Shown one piece after another: positions 16,004 through 25,158 of a stretch of 35,512 nt of DNA. The stretch spans positions 1 to 35,512 of the forward strand of contig CACZSV010000167.1 of the NCBI GenBank assembly GCA_902783925.1, in the 5' to 3' direction. Position numbers and translations under genes: made by a program. The DNA comes from an uncultured Coriobacteriaceae bacterium. Lineage in GTDB: Bacteria > Actinomycetota > Coriobacteriia > Coriobacteriales > QAMH01. How positions within the stretch are numbered: the stretch's first letter is position 1; every line of letters starts with the position of its first letter. Under the pieces are notes generated by a model. It was given only the letters and a program-made list of their open reading frames with translations, ran no database searches and had not been told where the DNA came from.

Positions 16004-17931
16004 AATCGTGCCTCCGGCAAGACGCGCTTGACCTGCGTGCTGTTGTGAACGTGGAGGTCCTGGCATACTCCGCATTGCGAACATGGTCCAAAGCTGCAAT
16101 CGGGGGTTGTCATGGCCTCATGCGCCTTTTGACGTTCGCTTCTTAGAAATGCCTCGCTCACGCCGCACGAGATATGACTCCAGGGTAGCAACGCGCCTTC
16201 TTCGTACTCGCACACGGCGCGTTGCATAATGGGCACGCCGCATGCCTGTCCTGCCTGCTGCCAGGCGTCGAAATTGAATTGCTCGGTCCACGCGTCAAAG
16301 CGCGCGCCATTTTTCCACGCCTGTTCGATGAGCTCGGCGCATTCACGTCCACCGCGTGCAAGCACTGCTTCGACATAGCTCGTTGCGGAGTCGTGCCAGC
16401 GCAGGTCGATTCCCTTCTTCGGAAAGCTGCCGCGCAGCACTTCGATGCGATGCTGGATTTCTTCCAGAGGAATCTGTCCGTCCCATTGAAAGGGAGTGCA
16501 GGGCTTTGGAATAAAGAGCGCAACAGAAACCGTAAGACGGATGTTTCGCGGCTGATCATCGGGAATGGCATCCTTGGCGGCACGATACACCCGCTTGCAT
16601 AATGCCCCGATACCAGCAACGTCTTCATCGGTTTCGCCCGGAAGCCCGATCATGAAATACAGCTTGAAACCGCGCCAGCCAGCCTCGACCGCACCAATCA
16701 CAGCTTGCATCAGGTCGTCTTCCGTAACGCCTTTGTTGATGCTGTCGCGCATACGCTGGGTGCCTGCCTCGGGTGCCAAGGTCAGACCGCCTTTTTTCTC
16801 CCCTGCAGCCAGGCGGGCAAGCTCCACCCCCAGCGCATCGACACGCTGGCTTGGAAGGCTCACGCTCTTGCCCGTGCCGTAAAATCTCGTATTCAGGCGC
16901 CTGAGCATTTGCCCGATGGTCGAATGGTCTGTTGAAGAAAGCGAAGTGAGCGACACCTCGTCATATCCTGTGCATGCGAGCCCTTCGGCAACGGCACTGA
17001 TAATAGTATCGGCGCTGCGCTCGCGAACGGGACGATATATCATGCCCGCCTGGCAAAAGCGACAGCCTCTGTTACACCCACGCAGTATTTCCACCGCCAG
17101 CCTGTCGTGCACGAGCTCGCTATAGGGAACGATAAGACGTGGCAGCGCCTTGAGGGTATCGAATTCTTGAATGACCCGCTTTACAACACGAGGCGAGACA
17201 TCATCAAAACGGGGTTGTGCGACGGTGTATCCGCGCATTTCGGAGGATAAACCCTCGATACGCTGGTCGTGCGTCTCGTACAAGCTGGGAACATACACGC
17301 CCTCGACATGCGAAAGTTCACGCAGGATCTGCTCCCGAGATGCCCCCGCCTGTTTCATGCGCCTATGGAGCAACGCGACCTCAAGATCGAGCTCTTCTCC
17401 CTCGCCAATGAAGAACGCGTCGAAAAACGACGCCAGCGGCTCTGGGTTGTACGCAAGCGGGCCGCCGCCAAAGACGAGCGGATCGTCTTCTGTGCGGTCA
17501 CAAGCATGCAGTGCAATGCCACTCAGGTCGAGAAACTCGAGGATGTTGGTCGAGGCCATCTCGTGGGGAAGCGTGATGCCCACAAAATCGAAATCGCACA
17601 CGGGCGTGTATGTCTCGAGCGAAGCGAGCGGCAGCTTTGAAGCGCGCATGGCGGTAATCATGTCGACCCATGGAAGGTAGGCACGCTCGCAATAGATACG
17701 CTCATTTGCATTGAGGCAATCGTACAGGACGGCGATAGCTTGATTCGCTTGCCCTATTTCGTAAGTATCTGGATACACGAGGACGGCATGGTAGTCGGCA
17801 TCGGACTTTTCGCTTGGCTCGACGCTTCCCCATTCCTGCCCAAGATAACGCGATGGTTTCTCCACGCGAGCAACGAGTGGAGCGAATTGGTTCCAGAGAT
17901 CGTCATTGACGGCAAATCTAGTTTTCGGCAT
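16000..17931 (-). CDS. TIGR03960-type B12-binding-domain radical SAM protein
   Basis: 643 aa with a CNRGCRFCQAG (CxxxCxxC) cluster motif and a large N-terminal domain before the rSAM core. It always pairs with the DUF2344 partner downstream. Confidence 0.85.
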   Translation of the reverse strand: MPKTRFAVNDDLWNQFAPLVARVEKPSRYLGQEWGSVEPSEKSDADYHAVLVYPDTYEIGQANQAIAVLYDCLNANERIYCERAYLPWVDMITAMRASKLPLASLETYTPVCDFDFVGITLPHEMASTNILEFLDLSGIALHACDRTEDDPLVFGGGPLAYNPEPLASFFDAFFIGEGEELDLEVALLHRRMKQAGASREQILRELSHVEGVYVPSLYETHDQRIEGLSSEMRGYTVAQPRFDDVSPRVVKRVIQEFDTLKALPRLIVPYSELVHDRLAVEILRGCNRGCRFCQAGMIYRPVRERSADTIISAVAEGLACTGYDEVSLTSLSSTDHSTIGQMLRRLNTRFYGTGKSVSLPSQRVDALGVELARLAAGEKKGGLTLAPEAGTQRMRDSINKGVTEDDLMQAVIGAVEAGWRGFKLYFMIGLPGETDEDVAGIGALCKRVYRAAKDAIPDDQPRNIRLTVSVALFIPKPCTPFQWDGQIPLEEIQHRIEVLRGSFPKKGIDLRWHDSATSYVEAVLARGGRECAELIEQAWKNGARFDAWTEQFNFDAWQQAGQACGVPIMQRAVCEYEEGALLPWSHISCGVSEAFLRSERQKAHEAMTTPDCSFGPCSQCGVCQDLHVHNSTQVKRVLPEARL

Positions 17932-18949
17932 TCGCCGTCGTCCCCAAAACAGCCTTCTCGAAAATGCCCGTGCCTTTGCTTACAACCGGCTCGGCGCTCG
18001 TCCACGCCTTATCGACGACGTCTTCCAACGCGTGCAGCTTGCCCTTCTCCTCGTAGTATTCCGCAGCCGTCAAAGCCATGGCCATAGTCCCCGATGCGGC
18101 AACGGCGGGTTTGATGAGCCAGCCGAGCACGGGAATCAAGGTGATGAGCTTGCGCGCAATAGCCCTGAGACCAAGGCCACCGAGCACAACAGCCGCAACT
18201 TCTTTTATGCGGTCTCCATTGATCTCCCGCCCGTACACGCTCGCAATCTGAATCATCATTTTGGCTTGATTGAGCGTGATGAGTGGCATATCGGCGCCAG
18301 GCAGGAAGAAAAGCAAGCTGATGGCGCCGTTTTGGATTGTGTTCTCTTTTCCGAGTTCGATAGTCAACGGATGGCGCAGAAACGGAAAGTCCGATGCTAG
18401 GGCAAGAGATTTGGATGGCACGTTTTGCACAATCCAAGAACCAAGATTCTCGAGCGGGCGATTGGCGGTACTCGTGTCAATATCGATGATGTCGTCCAAA
18501 GAAATGCCTGTACCCACAGCCGGGACGTTCGCATTTCCTGCAACATTGGAAATGGTGTTTTCTTTCATGGTCACATTGGCGTATATCTGCGCGTCGGCGG
18601 GGCTGTCGGCAAAGAAGGTCTCGCCTCGAGCAATGATGATGATTGCCGGAACACCTTTTGACTTTGCCGTCTCGATGGTATCGCCCAGAAGCATCGAGTC
18701 TCCGCCTACTACAACGCAGAGATCTGATCTCTTGGATATCGCCGGCACGGACGAGGAAAGTACGTGATCGACAATGACGGCATTAGACCGAACATCCACA
18801 AAAGCCTCGAGGACCATATCGGTGAGCTTGCTGCTTGCAGTCGGATCGAAGACAAGCTCGACGCGCACGCGTTGGTCACGCTCTTGGCCAATCTTTACAA
18901 CTGACTCAGCCAGTTTCTTAACATCGATTGGCATGCTCGGAATTTTCAT
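17918..18949 (-). CDS. hypothetical protein with C-terminal DUF697-like membrane-associated region
   Basis: The ATG at 18949 overlaps the rodA stop (TAATG); the track ORF is over-extended. 343 aa. The C-terminal half (LLFFLPGADMPLITLNQAKMMIQIASVYGREI...VLGGLGLRAIARKLITLIPVLGWLIKPAVAASGT) resembles DUF697. I do not recognise the N-terminal half. Confidence 0.6.
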   Translation of the reverse strand: MKIPSMPIDVKKLAESVVKIGQERDQRVRVELVFDPTASSKLTDMVLEAFVDVRSNAVIVDHVLSSSVPAISKRSDLCVVVGGDSMLLGDTIETAKSKGVPAIIIIARGETFFADSPADAQIYANVTMKENTISNVAGNANVPAVGTGISLDDIIDIDTSTANRPLENLGSWIVQNVPSKSLALASDFPFLRHPLTIELGKENTIQNGAISLLFFLPGADMPLITLNQAKMMIQIASVYGREINGDRIKEVAAVVLGGLGLRAIARKLITLIPVLGWLIKPAVAASGTMAMALTAAEYYEEKGKLHALEDVVDKAWTSAEPVVSKGTGIFEKAVLGTTANAEN

Positions 18950-20172
18950 TACCCAACCTTTCCACTTCTTTTTGGAGCGCCTCCACGACGAGACCATATC
19001 GAAAGCAAGAGGCCAACGCAAATAAAGTTTGTAATCATGAACGAAGAACCATAGCTCATAAAGGGCAAAGGAATTCCTGTGATGGGCATAAGACCGAGGT
19101 CCATGCCTATATTCTCGACAATCTGGAATAACCACATGCCCATAATTCCGGTGACGACAAGCGACCCGAACAGATCCGAGGAATTAAGCCCGATGCCCAG
19201 CGCTACGGCCAGGAGCGCCAAATACAGGCCCAAAAGAACGAAGGCCCCGAGGAATCCAAATTGCTCGGCAAAGACGCAGAAGATAAAATCCGTTGCAGAT
19301 TCAGGCAGAAAGCCTCCCGAAGACTGCGTTGCGTTTCCCCATCCCTTGCCGACGATTTCTCCGCTACCCACGGCGATTTTCGCCTGGTTGAGGTTGTACG
19401 CATCATCGGCGTAGGTCGGATTGTCCTGGTCGATAAACACGAGGAGGCGACTCATCTGATACGGCTTGATAAGCTGAACGCTTCCGCCTGTCCATTCGCT
19501 GACGACGCCGTTGAAACCGAGTAGCGCCGCTACTAGAATCACCGCGATTGCGAGAGTCGAGAAAATCCAGCGTTTAGCGGCACCGCCCACGATGAGAATA
19601 CAGAAGCCGACGATTAAAATGACGAGGCCCGTACCAAGATCCTCGCGCACGAGCAATACGAACGGGATCAGGATGATGCCGACGAGCTTAAGATAATCCG
19701 CTCCCTTGGTAATGGCACCCTGATGGCGAGCCGTTGCAGAGGCAACCGCTAGAATCGTCACTGGTTTTGCGAGCTCAGAAGGTTGAAAGCTCAACGGGCC
19801 CAGCTTGATCCACGACATCGCACCGTTCACTTCCATACCCAACCCCGGCACCATGGGCAGCAGAATCAAGACGGCGTCAAACACAAGTAACGGCACGGTC
19901 AGATCGGCAAAACGCCTGTAGTCGAAAAACCAGAAGGCTACCATCACGGCTATGCCGATACCCACTCCGGCGAGCTGACGCACAATCGAGTACTCGGTTT
20001 CTGTAAGGGTTACCGCATACACGGTCACAAGACCACATGCGAGCAGCAGCACAACCAGCACGATCAGGATAATATTTGCAGGAAGCGTCGCATTTCCCGC
20101 CTGAGCAGACAGACTTGCCGAGGCAGTACGCGCGTGAACCTTTGGGGCGCTTTTGAATGGCATCTGAGGCAT
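18949..20172 (-). CDS. rodA: SEDS-family peptidoglycan glycosyltransferase RodA
   Basis: Polytopic, with GSGEIVGKGWGN, LPESATDFIFCVFAEQFGFLGA and PITGIPLPFMSYGSS motifs. The ATG at 20172 lies just after the mrdA stop; an alternative is 20163. Confidence 0.9.
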   Translation of the reverse strand: MPQMPFKSAPKVHARTASASLSAQAGNATLPANIILIVLVVLLLACGLVTVYAVTLTETEYSIVRQLAGVGIGIAVMVAFWFFDYRRFADLTVPLLVFDAVLILLPMVPGLGMEVNGAMSWIKLGPLSFQPSELAKPVTILAVASATARHQGAITKGADYLKLVGIILIPFVLLVREDLGTGLVILIVGFCILIVGGAAKRWIFSTLAIAVILVAALLGFNGVVSEWTGGSVQLIKPYQMSRLLVFIDQDNPTYADDAYNLNQAKIAVGSGEIVGKGWGNATQSSGGFLPESATDFIFCVFAEQFGFLGAFVLLGLYLALLAVALGIGLNSSDLFGSLVVTGIMGMWLFQIVENIGMDLGLMPITGIPLPFMSYGSSFMITNFICVGLLLSIWSRRGGAPKRSGKVG

Positions 20173-20177
20173 ATACG

Positions 20178-22217
20178 TCAGCGCTCCTCGGTCGACGAAC
20201 CGGAAACATGCTCTGTGGACAGGCCCATTGTCGCAGCAAGCACCGAACGGACGGCCGGGGCAGCGCATGTCGCACCCGCACCGCCTTCTTCGATACAGCA
20301 CGCGCAGACATACTGCGGATCTTCTGTCGGACCATAGCCGACGTACCAGCCGTAGTTATCCTTGCCAGCGACCTCGCCCGTACCGGTTTTCCCCGAAGTG
20401 GCAACACCGAGGTCCTCGAAAATCGACTTGACAGAGCCATCCTCGACTACGCCGCGGAAACCGCTGCGCATGATTTCGATGTTTTTCTGTTCGAATTGCG
20501 GATGCACGATGCTACCTTGGTAGCGCGCACCGTCGACAGCGGTCATCGTGCCATCGGTTGATACAACCGAGCTTAGCAAGACAGGTTTGGGCACGGTGCC
20601 CGTCGCCAGCCCCGCATAGCCGCAGGCAATCTGCAGGGGCGTCACAAGAAGGTCGCCCTGACCAATGATGAGGTTCGACAAATCGCCCGGAAGCCACGCC
20701 TGGCTTTCGGGAGCATCGCGGTTGAAGCTGCGCTTCCATTCGGGCGTGGGAACACGGCCTTCTGCCTCACCCGAAAGCTCGATGCCAGTTTTCGAGCCGA
20801 ATCCCCAGCTCTTGAGATAGTCTTGCAGCGCTGTCTCGTTTTGGTTGTATTGATAGAAGCTCTTCGCGATTTCATAGAAAACCACGTCGCAGCTCTCGAC
20901 TATGCCATTATGAAAGCCGATAGACTTATGTCCGCTGGTATTCCAGCATTTCTGGGGCCATTTCTCACCAAACCCCGTCCAGGTTCCCTCGCAGTACCAC
21001 TCAGATTGCTCCGAAGCAAACCCGTATTGCAGGCCGGCAAGCCCCGTAAATCCCTTGAACGTCGAAGCGGCCGGATACAAACCCGCAATGCAGCGGTTCG
21101 AAAGCGGGTAGTCGGAGCCTTCGTCGGTCATTTCCTCCCATTTTTCGTTCGAAATGCCCCCGATAAACTCCTCTGGGTCATATGTCGGAGCAGATGCCAT
21201 GGCTATAACCTCGCCCGTTTTGCAGTTCAGACAAACAATCGCACCCGAGTGGGCATTGCCGTAGCTTGCATTGGCAGAATCCACAAACGCCTGTTGAAGC
21301 GCTTCTTCTGCCGTCCTTTGAACCTCGATGTCGATGGTTATGCGAATATCATTGCCCTGAACCGGCTCGACGGAATCCACCGCGCTCACGACCTCGCCTG
21401 CCGCGTTGATCTCGACCTGCTTGACACCGCGATCTCCCTGCAAATACGCCTCAAACGCTTGTTCGACGCCGTCTTTGCCTACGATATCACCCGATTCGTA
21501 TGCGATTCCGCCATCTTTCTTCTTGAGTTCCGCCTCGGAAATCGTGCCAGTGTATCCCAGCACATGGGCAGCCAAATCGCCAAACGGATAGGTTCGCACT
21601 GTTCGCGCTTCGATGCTGACGCCGGGAAAAGCATTTGGATGCTCAGAAATATACGCAACGGCGCGCTCTTCCACATCAAGAGCGATGACACGATCCGCCT
21701 GAGCTCCGCCCGTTTGAGACTCTGCAAGGTTCTTCACGGTCTCGCGCGGAATACCCAGGACATCGGAGAGCCGTTGCAATACGTTTCTGTCGTTTTGGAC
21801 TTCTGAATTAGCAAGCACGGCAAAGGTCGCACGGTTACCAACGAGTTCGACTCCATTGCGATCGTAGATTCGCCCACGAGGAGCAATGGTCGTGTATTCG
21901 GTAATGCGGTTTCCCTCTGCCTTTTTCGTATACTCCGCGCCGGAAACTATCTGCATCGACCAGAGCTTGACAACCAACACGCCAATAGCCGCCCCGATAA
22001 AGGCCATAAACCCAAAGAGGCGCCGGCGCGTCATCAAATCATTATCCGCACTCACGTTCGAACGCGATTCCCTGCCCGCTGAAAACCCCTCTGCGTTCGA
22101 CTTGCTAAACGCAAAGCGAGACGAATGCTTACCACTTGAGCGTGCCACAACAACAATAAGGACTATAGCCGCCACAATCAGTAATACGATAACGCCCGCG
22201 CTAATCGCTGCAGTCAT
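20178..22217 (-). CDS. mrdA: penicillin-binding protein 2 (class B elongation transpeptidase)
   Basis: 679 aa with a PBP dimerisation domain and a transpeptidase domain carrying STFK (AASTFKG) and KTGT (SGKTGTGEV). It sits in the mreBCD-rodA context. It has about 60 extra N-terminal residues containing a second hydrophobic helix. Confidence 0.92.
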   Translation of the reverse strand: MTAAISAGVIVLLIVAAIVLIVVVARSSGKHSSRFAFSKSNAEGFSAGRESRSNVSADNDLMTRRRLFGFMAFIGAAIGVLVVKLWSMQIVSGAEYTKKAEGNRITEYTTIAPRGRIYDRNGVELVGNRATFAVLANSEVQNDRNVLQRLSDVLGIPRETVKNLAESQTGGAQADRVIALDVEERAVAYISEHPNAFPGVSIEARTVRTYPFGDLAAHVLGYTGTISEAELKKKDGGIAYESGDIVGKDGVEQAFEAYLQGDRGVKQVEINAAGEVVSAVDSVEPVQGNDIRITIDIEVQRTAEEALQQAFVDSANASYGNAHSGAIVCLNCKTGEVIAMASAPTYDPEEFIGGISNEKWEEMTDEGSDYPLSNRCIAGLYPAASTFKGFTGLAGLQYGFASEQSEWYCEGTWTGFGEKWPQKCWNTSGHKSIGFHNGIVESCDVVFYEIAKSFYQYNQNETALQDYLKSWGFGSKTGIELSGEAEGRVPTPEWKRSFNRDAPESQAWLPGDLSNLIIGQGDLLVTPLQIACGYAGLATGTVPKPVLLSSVVSTDGTMTAVDGARYQGSIVHPQFEQKNIEIMRSGFRGVVEDGSVKSIFEDLGVATSGKTGTGEVAGKDNYGWYVGYGPTEDPQYVCACCIEEGGAGATCAAPAVRSVLAATMGLSTEHVSGSSTEER

Positions 22218-22227
22218 GGATACGCCC

Positions 22228-22794
22228 CTATTTCAGCCGCGATTTCATACGGGGCATCTTCGTCGCCCGACCACCGATTTGCTTGCCAAGCTCAGCGCCA
22301 GTCGCGGCGCCCTCATAGCCGAGAAACAGGCCGCAGACGAGCAGGGCTGCAATAGCAAAAACAGCCGAATACAGAGACGTAGGTAGAGAATGCGCGAAGA
22401 TAGCGCCCATGCCACCTACCGCATCGGCGCTGGTGAGCATCACGGCGATACCATATCCGACCTCAGAAAAAACCGATGAAACGAGCGCAACGATGATGAC
22501 CGTCACTGGCGAAGTGATATCGATTCCCCTTGCAAGAAAACCAACTGCAAGGGCCGTGATGGTAAGAACGAGGGCCATGCAGCCGATTGTGCCGTTGCCC
22601 ATAAGGTCATACAGAAGCCCGCAGAAAAACCCGGAAACGCCTCCTGCCCCCACACCCGAGCGCAAGGCAACGAGGAGCACGGGGATGATGAGAAAATTCG
22701 GAGCGCATCCGGCAATGGCTATCGCAGGGGATAGACCGGCTTGGAGCAAAAAGCAGAGGACGAACACGATAAGATAGATAAGCGGCTTATTCAT
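22228..22794 (-). CDS. mreD: rod shape-determining protein MreD
   Basis: 188 aa and polytopic. The ATG at 22794 has a GGAGGGAGG RBS and overlaps the mreC stop by 8 nt. It follows mreC. Confidence 0.8.
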   Translation of the reverse strand: MNKPLIYLIVFVLCFLLQAGLSPAIAIAGCAPNFLIIPVLLVALRSGVGAGGVSGFFCGLLYDLMGNGTIGCMALVLTITALAVGFLARGIDITSPVTVIIVALVSSVFSEVGYGIAVMLTSADAVGGMGAIFAHSLPTSLYSAVFAIAALLVCGLFLGYEGAATGAELGKQIGGRATKMPRMKSRLK

Positions 22795-23923
22795 TGTTTG
22801 TCCTCCCTCCTTCAGAGCCCGAATTGCCAGCATCGGAATTGTTGCTCTGGGACTCCCCTGAATTATTCGAAGCAGAACTTGAGCCCTGATTCGATCGAGC
22901 CTTTGCCGCGGCTTCTTCTGCTGCTTTCTTCTCGGCCTCTTGGCGCGCCCTTTCTGCCTCGGCCGCTTGCTTTGACCTGCTTGTCGTACCGTTCAAAAGC
23001 GCAGTTGCGATAACGCCAACCGTACCTGGTCGAACGGTATTCGCGCTGTTTATCACCGTCTGCAACAGCGACTCATCGAGGACTGTCGATGTTTCCGATT
23101 GCGCGCCCGTAAGAATGAGGACCTCTTCGCATGAGTCGATGCTGTAAATGGGATCGACGGTAATGCGGTGGTAGAGCTTCGAGGAATCAGTCTCTATCGT
23201 GCGTACCGTGCCGATGAGAATGCCCCTCGGGTATGACCCGCCGCTTCCGGATGTGATAACGACATCGCCTTCGCCAACGGCCTTTTCAATGGGCACGTAC
23301 TCGAGCGTGAGCGTTCCATCGTAAGCACCGTGCATGATCCCATGAGCGCGTGAGTTCTGCACCATGGCAGACACGCTTGCATTCGCATCATTGATCAGGC
23401 GTACGACACAGGTATTCGATGTGACGGATTCAACCATACCGTAAAGCCCGCACGAGCTCATCACGCCCATGCCGACCCGCACTCCATCGGCAGAGCCGCG
23501 ATTCACCGTCGCCGTTCTATCCCAGCCGCTCGACGTCGACAGCACCTCTCCGCTAATCGACTCGAGACCGTAGATGTCAGAGAATTGCGACATCGTCGTC
23601 AGACGCTGGTCTTGCTGTCGATACTCCTCGAGCTCTGCAACAAGCGTACGCAGCTGCCTGTTTTCCTGCTCGAGCTTAGCTACCTCTGCGCTGTTCGACG
23701 ATTTTCCAATGGAATGGAAAGGCGCCGATATGGCAGAGCAGACACTCTCGATTGGCTTTGTGACCGTATGAACGACACCACGGGCGACGGCAAAGGGGCC
23801 GCCGCCTTCAAGGCGCACGCACAAGGTGATGAGCATTACCGAGATGACAATCAGAACAATCGGAATCCACCAAAAACTCGGGCGTCCGTTCTGACTCTGG
23901 CTGCCAAACGAGAGTCCGGGCAT
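22787..23923 (-). CDS. mreC: rod shape-determining protein MreC with low-complexity C-terminal tail
   Basis: 378 aa with an N-terminal TM, a coiled coil (AKLEQENRQLRTLVAELEEYRQQ), two beta-barrel repeats (GVMSSCGLYGMVESV, VITSGSGGSYPRGILIGTV) and a Lys/Glu/Ala then Ser/Asn-rich tail. Confidence 0.9.
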   Translation of the reverse strand: MPGLSFGSQSQNGRPSFWWIPIVLIVISVMLITLCVRLEGGGPFAVARGVVHTVTKPIESVCSAISAPFHSIGKSSNSAEVAKLEQENRQLRTLVAELEEYRQQDQRLTTMSQFSDIYGLESISGEVLSTSSGWDRTATVNRGSADGVRVGMGVMSSCGLYGMVESVTSNTCVVRLINDANASVSAMVQNSRAHGIMHGAYDGTLTLEYVPIEKAVGEGDVVITSGSGGSYPRGILIGTVRTIETDSSKLYHRITVDPIYSIDSCEEVLILTGAQSETSTVLDESLLQTVINSANTVRPGTVGVIATALLNGTTSRSKQAAEAERARQEAEKKAAEEAAAKARSNQGSSSASNNSGESQSNNSDAGNSGSEGGRTNNE

Positions 23924-23930
23924 TATGTAG

Positions 23931-24971
23931 TTACCTCTGTTGCATGTAAGGCTGCGAGAGGAAGTCTGGCGATTCGAGCACCATTGCGCATCCCTCGACC
24001 ACGTTGATCAGAGCGGTCTCGGAAACATGCACGGGCACGCCGATCTCTCCACGCAGACGCTCATCGAGACCGCGCAGCATACCGCCGCCACCCGTGAGCG
24101 TGATTCCATATTCCATGAGGTCGCTTGCAAGATCGGGCGGTGTCTCATCGAGCGTGTCCTTGACCGCCTGAATCATCTTTGCGACAGGCTCCTCGAGAGC
24201 CTCGCGCACGTCCTCGCTTTCGATACGAACCGTGCGCGGAAGGCCAGAGAGCAAGTCGCGTCCGCGAACCTCGACATCAACTTCTTCGACGAGCGGTGCG
24301 GCAGAGCCGATAGTAATCTTGATCTCTTCGGCAGTGCGCTCACCGATCGCGATGTTGTAATGGTTCTTTGCATACTGGACAACCGCCTGGTCAAAGGCAT
24401 CGCCAGCAATGCGTATAGACGTCGCGTTGACAATGCCGCCCATGCTGATGACGGCGACCTCCGTCGTTCCGCCGCCAATATCGACGACCATGGAGCCGGT
24501 GGGGCTGTCAACGGGAAGTCCCGCGCCGATTGCCGCCGCCATAGGCTCTTCGATAAGAAAGGCCTGACGCGCTCCGGCAGTAATGGTTGCCTCGAAAACC
24601 GCGCGCTTTTCGACACTCGTAACGCCGCTTGGCACGCAAACGACAACGCGTGGCTTGGGATGCCACGGCATACGGCGTCCCTGCGCCTTGCTTATGAAGT
24701 AGCGAAGCATCGCCTCGGTCACATCGAAGTCCGCGATTACACCATCTTTGAGAGGACGCAGCGCGACGATGCTGCCCGGCGTGCGGCCGAGCATTTCCTT
24801 AGCGGCAGCGCCTACCGCGAGCACGCGCTGCTCCTGCTTTTCTATTGCGACAACTGACGGTTCGTTGATAACAATACCCTCGCCCCTAACCGAGACCAAG
24901 GTGTTGGCCGTTCCAAGGTCGATAGCCATATCGCTACCGAAGTTACCGAATAATCTATCTGCCAGCGACAT
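23931..24971 (-). CDS. mreB: actin-like rod shape-determining protein MreB
   Basis: 346 aa with DLGTANTLV, VVDIGGGTTEVAV and LTGGGGMLRGLD motifs and an AAGGAG RBS. Confidence 0.97.
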   Translation of the reverse strand: MSLADRLFGNFGSDMAIDLGTANTLVSVRGEGIVINEPSVVAIEKQEQRVLAVGAAAKEMLGRTPGSIVALRPLKDGVIADFDVTEAMLRYFISKAQGRRMPWHPKPRVVVCVPSGVTSVEKRAVFEATITAGARQAFLIEEPMAAAIGAGLPVDSPTGSMVVDIGGGTTEVAVISMGGIVNATSIRIAGDAFDQAVVQYAKNHYNIAIGERTAEEIKITIGSAAPLVEEVDVEVRGRDLLSGLPRTVRIESEDVREALEEPVAKMIQAVKDTLDETPPDLASDLMEYGITLTGGGGMLRGLDERLRGEIGVPVHVSETALINVVEGCAMVLESPDFLSQPYMQQR

Positions 24972-25080
24972 AGTCGCTCCTTACAATGGTTTCCGATAAT
25001 GAGACGTGACAATGCATTTTACATGAGCGTCAAGATACGTCACTTGCCTGCGCGAAGAATCCACAAAGGCCAACGAAACA

Positions 25081-25106
25081 GCATGGGACGACAAGTCGTC
25101 CCATGC
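25081..25106 (-). terminator. hairpin downstream of ndk (candidate terminator)
   Basis: GCATGGGACGAC-AA-GTCGTCCCATGC, a near-perfect palindrome about 50 nt after the ndk stop. On the minus strand it is followed by the only moderately T-rich TGTTTCGTT. Confidence 0.45.
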
Positions 25107-25158
25107 CGCATCACATTTGTTATCCCCAGCGTTCGTGATAACCGGAGAAGCGTGAATC

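Noticed and set aside
16000-17931. The radical SAM enzyme as the maturase of the Nif11-like peptide at 9154.
   Set aside because: It belongs to the TIGR03960-type family, always paired with DUF2344 and here fused into the mre/rodA operon. I see no C-terminal SPASM-type extra Cys clusters. It lies about 6.6 kb away on the opposite strand in a different transcription unit.
18950-19135. 5' extensions of track ORFs that overlap the upstream gene. Examples are 18950..19135, 20173..20301, 6144..6260, 8886..8963, 16004..16099, 27887..28018, 29475..29531 and 22795..22833.
   Set aside because: In each case an internal ATG with a Shine-Dalgarno-like sequence or a stop/start overlap coincides with the start of family-typical sequence. 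The extended part overlaps the preceding gene or a terminator hairpin and has no homology-like features.
20823-21806. Long antisense ORFs opposite well-supported genes: 327 aa opposite mrdA. The same pattern occurs at 23940..24857 opposite mreB, 32418..33362 opposite the class A PBP, 13567..14307 opposite the TRAP permease and RmlD-like genes, and 12367..12963 opposite the permease.
   Set aside because: Each overlaps a gene with strong family motifs on the other strand. Their products are low-complexity and Arg-rich with no motifs or RBS. I treat them as high-GC shadow ORFs.
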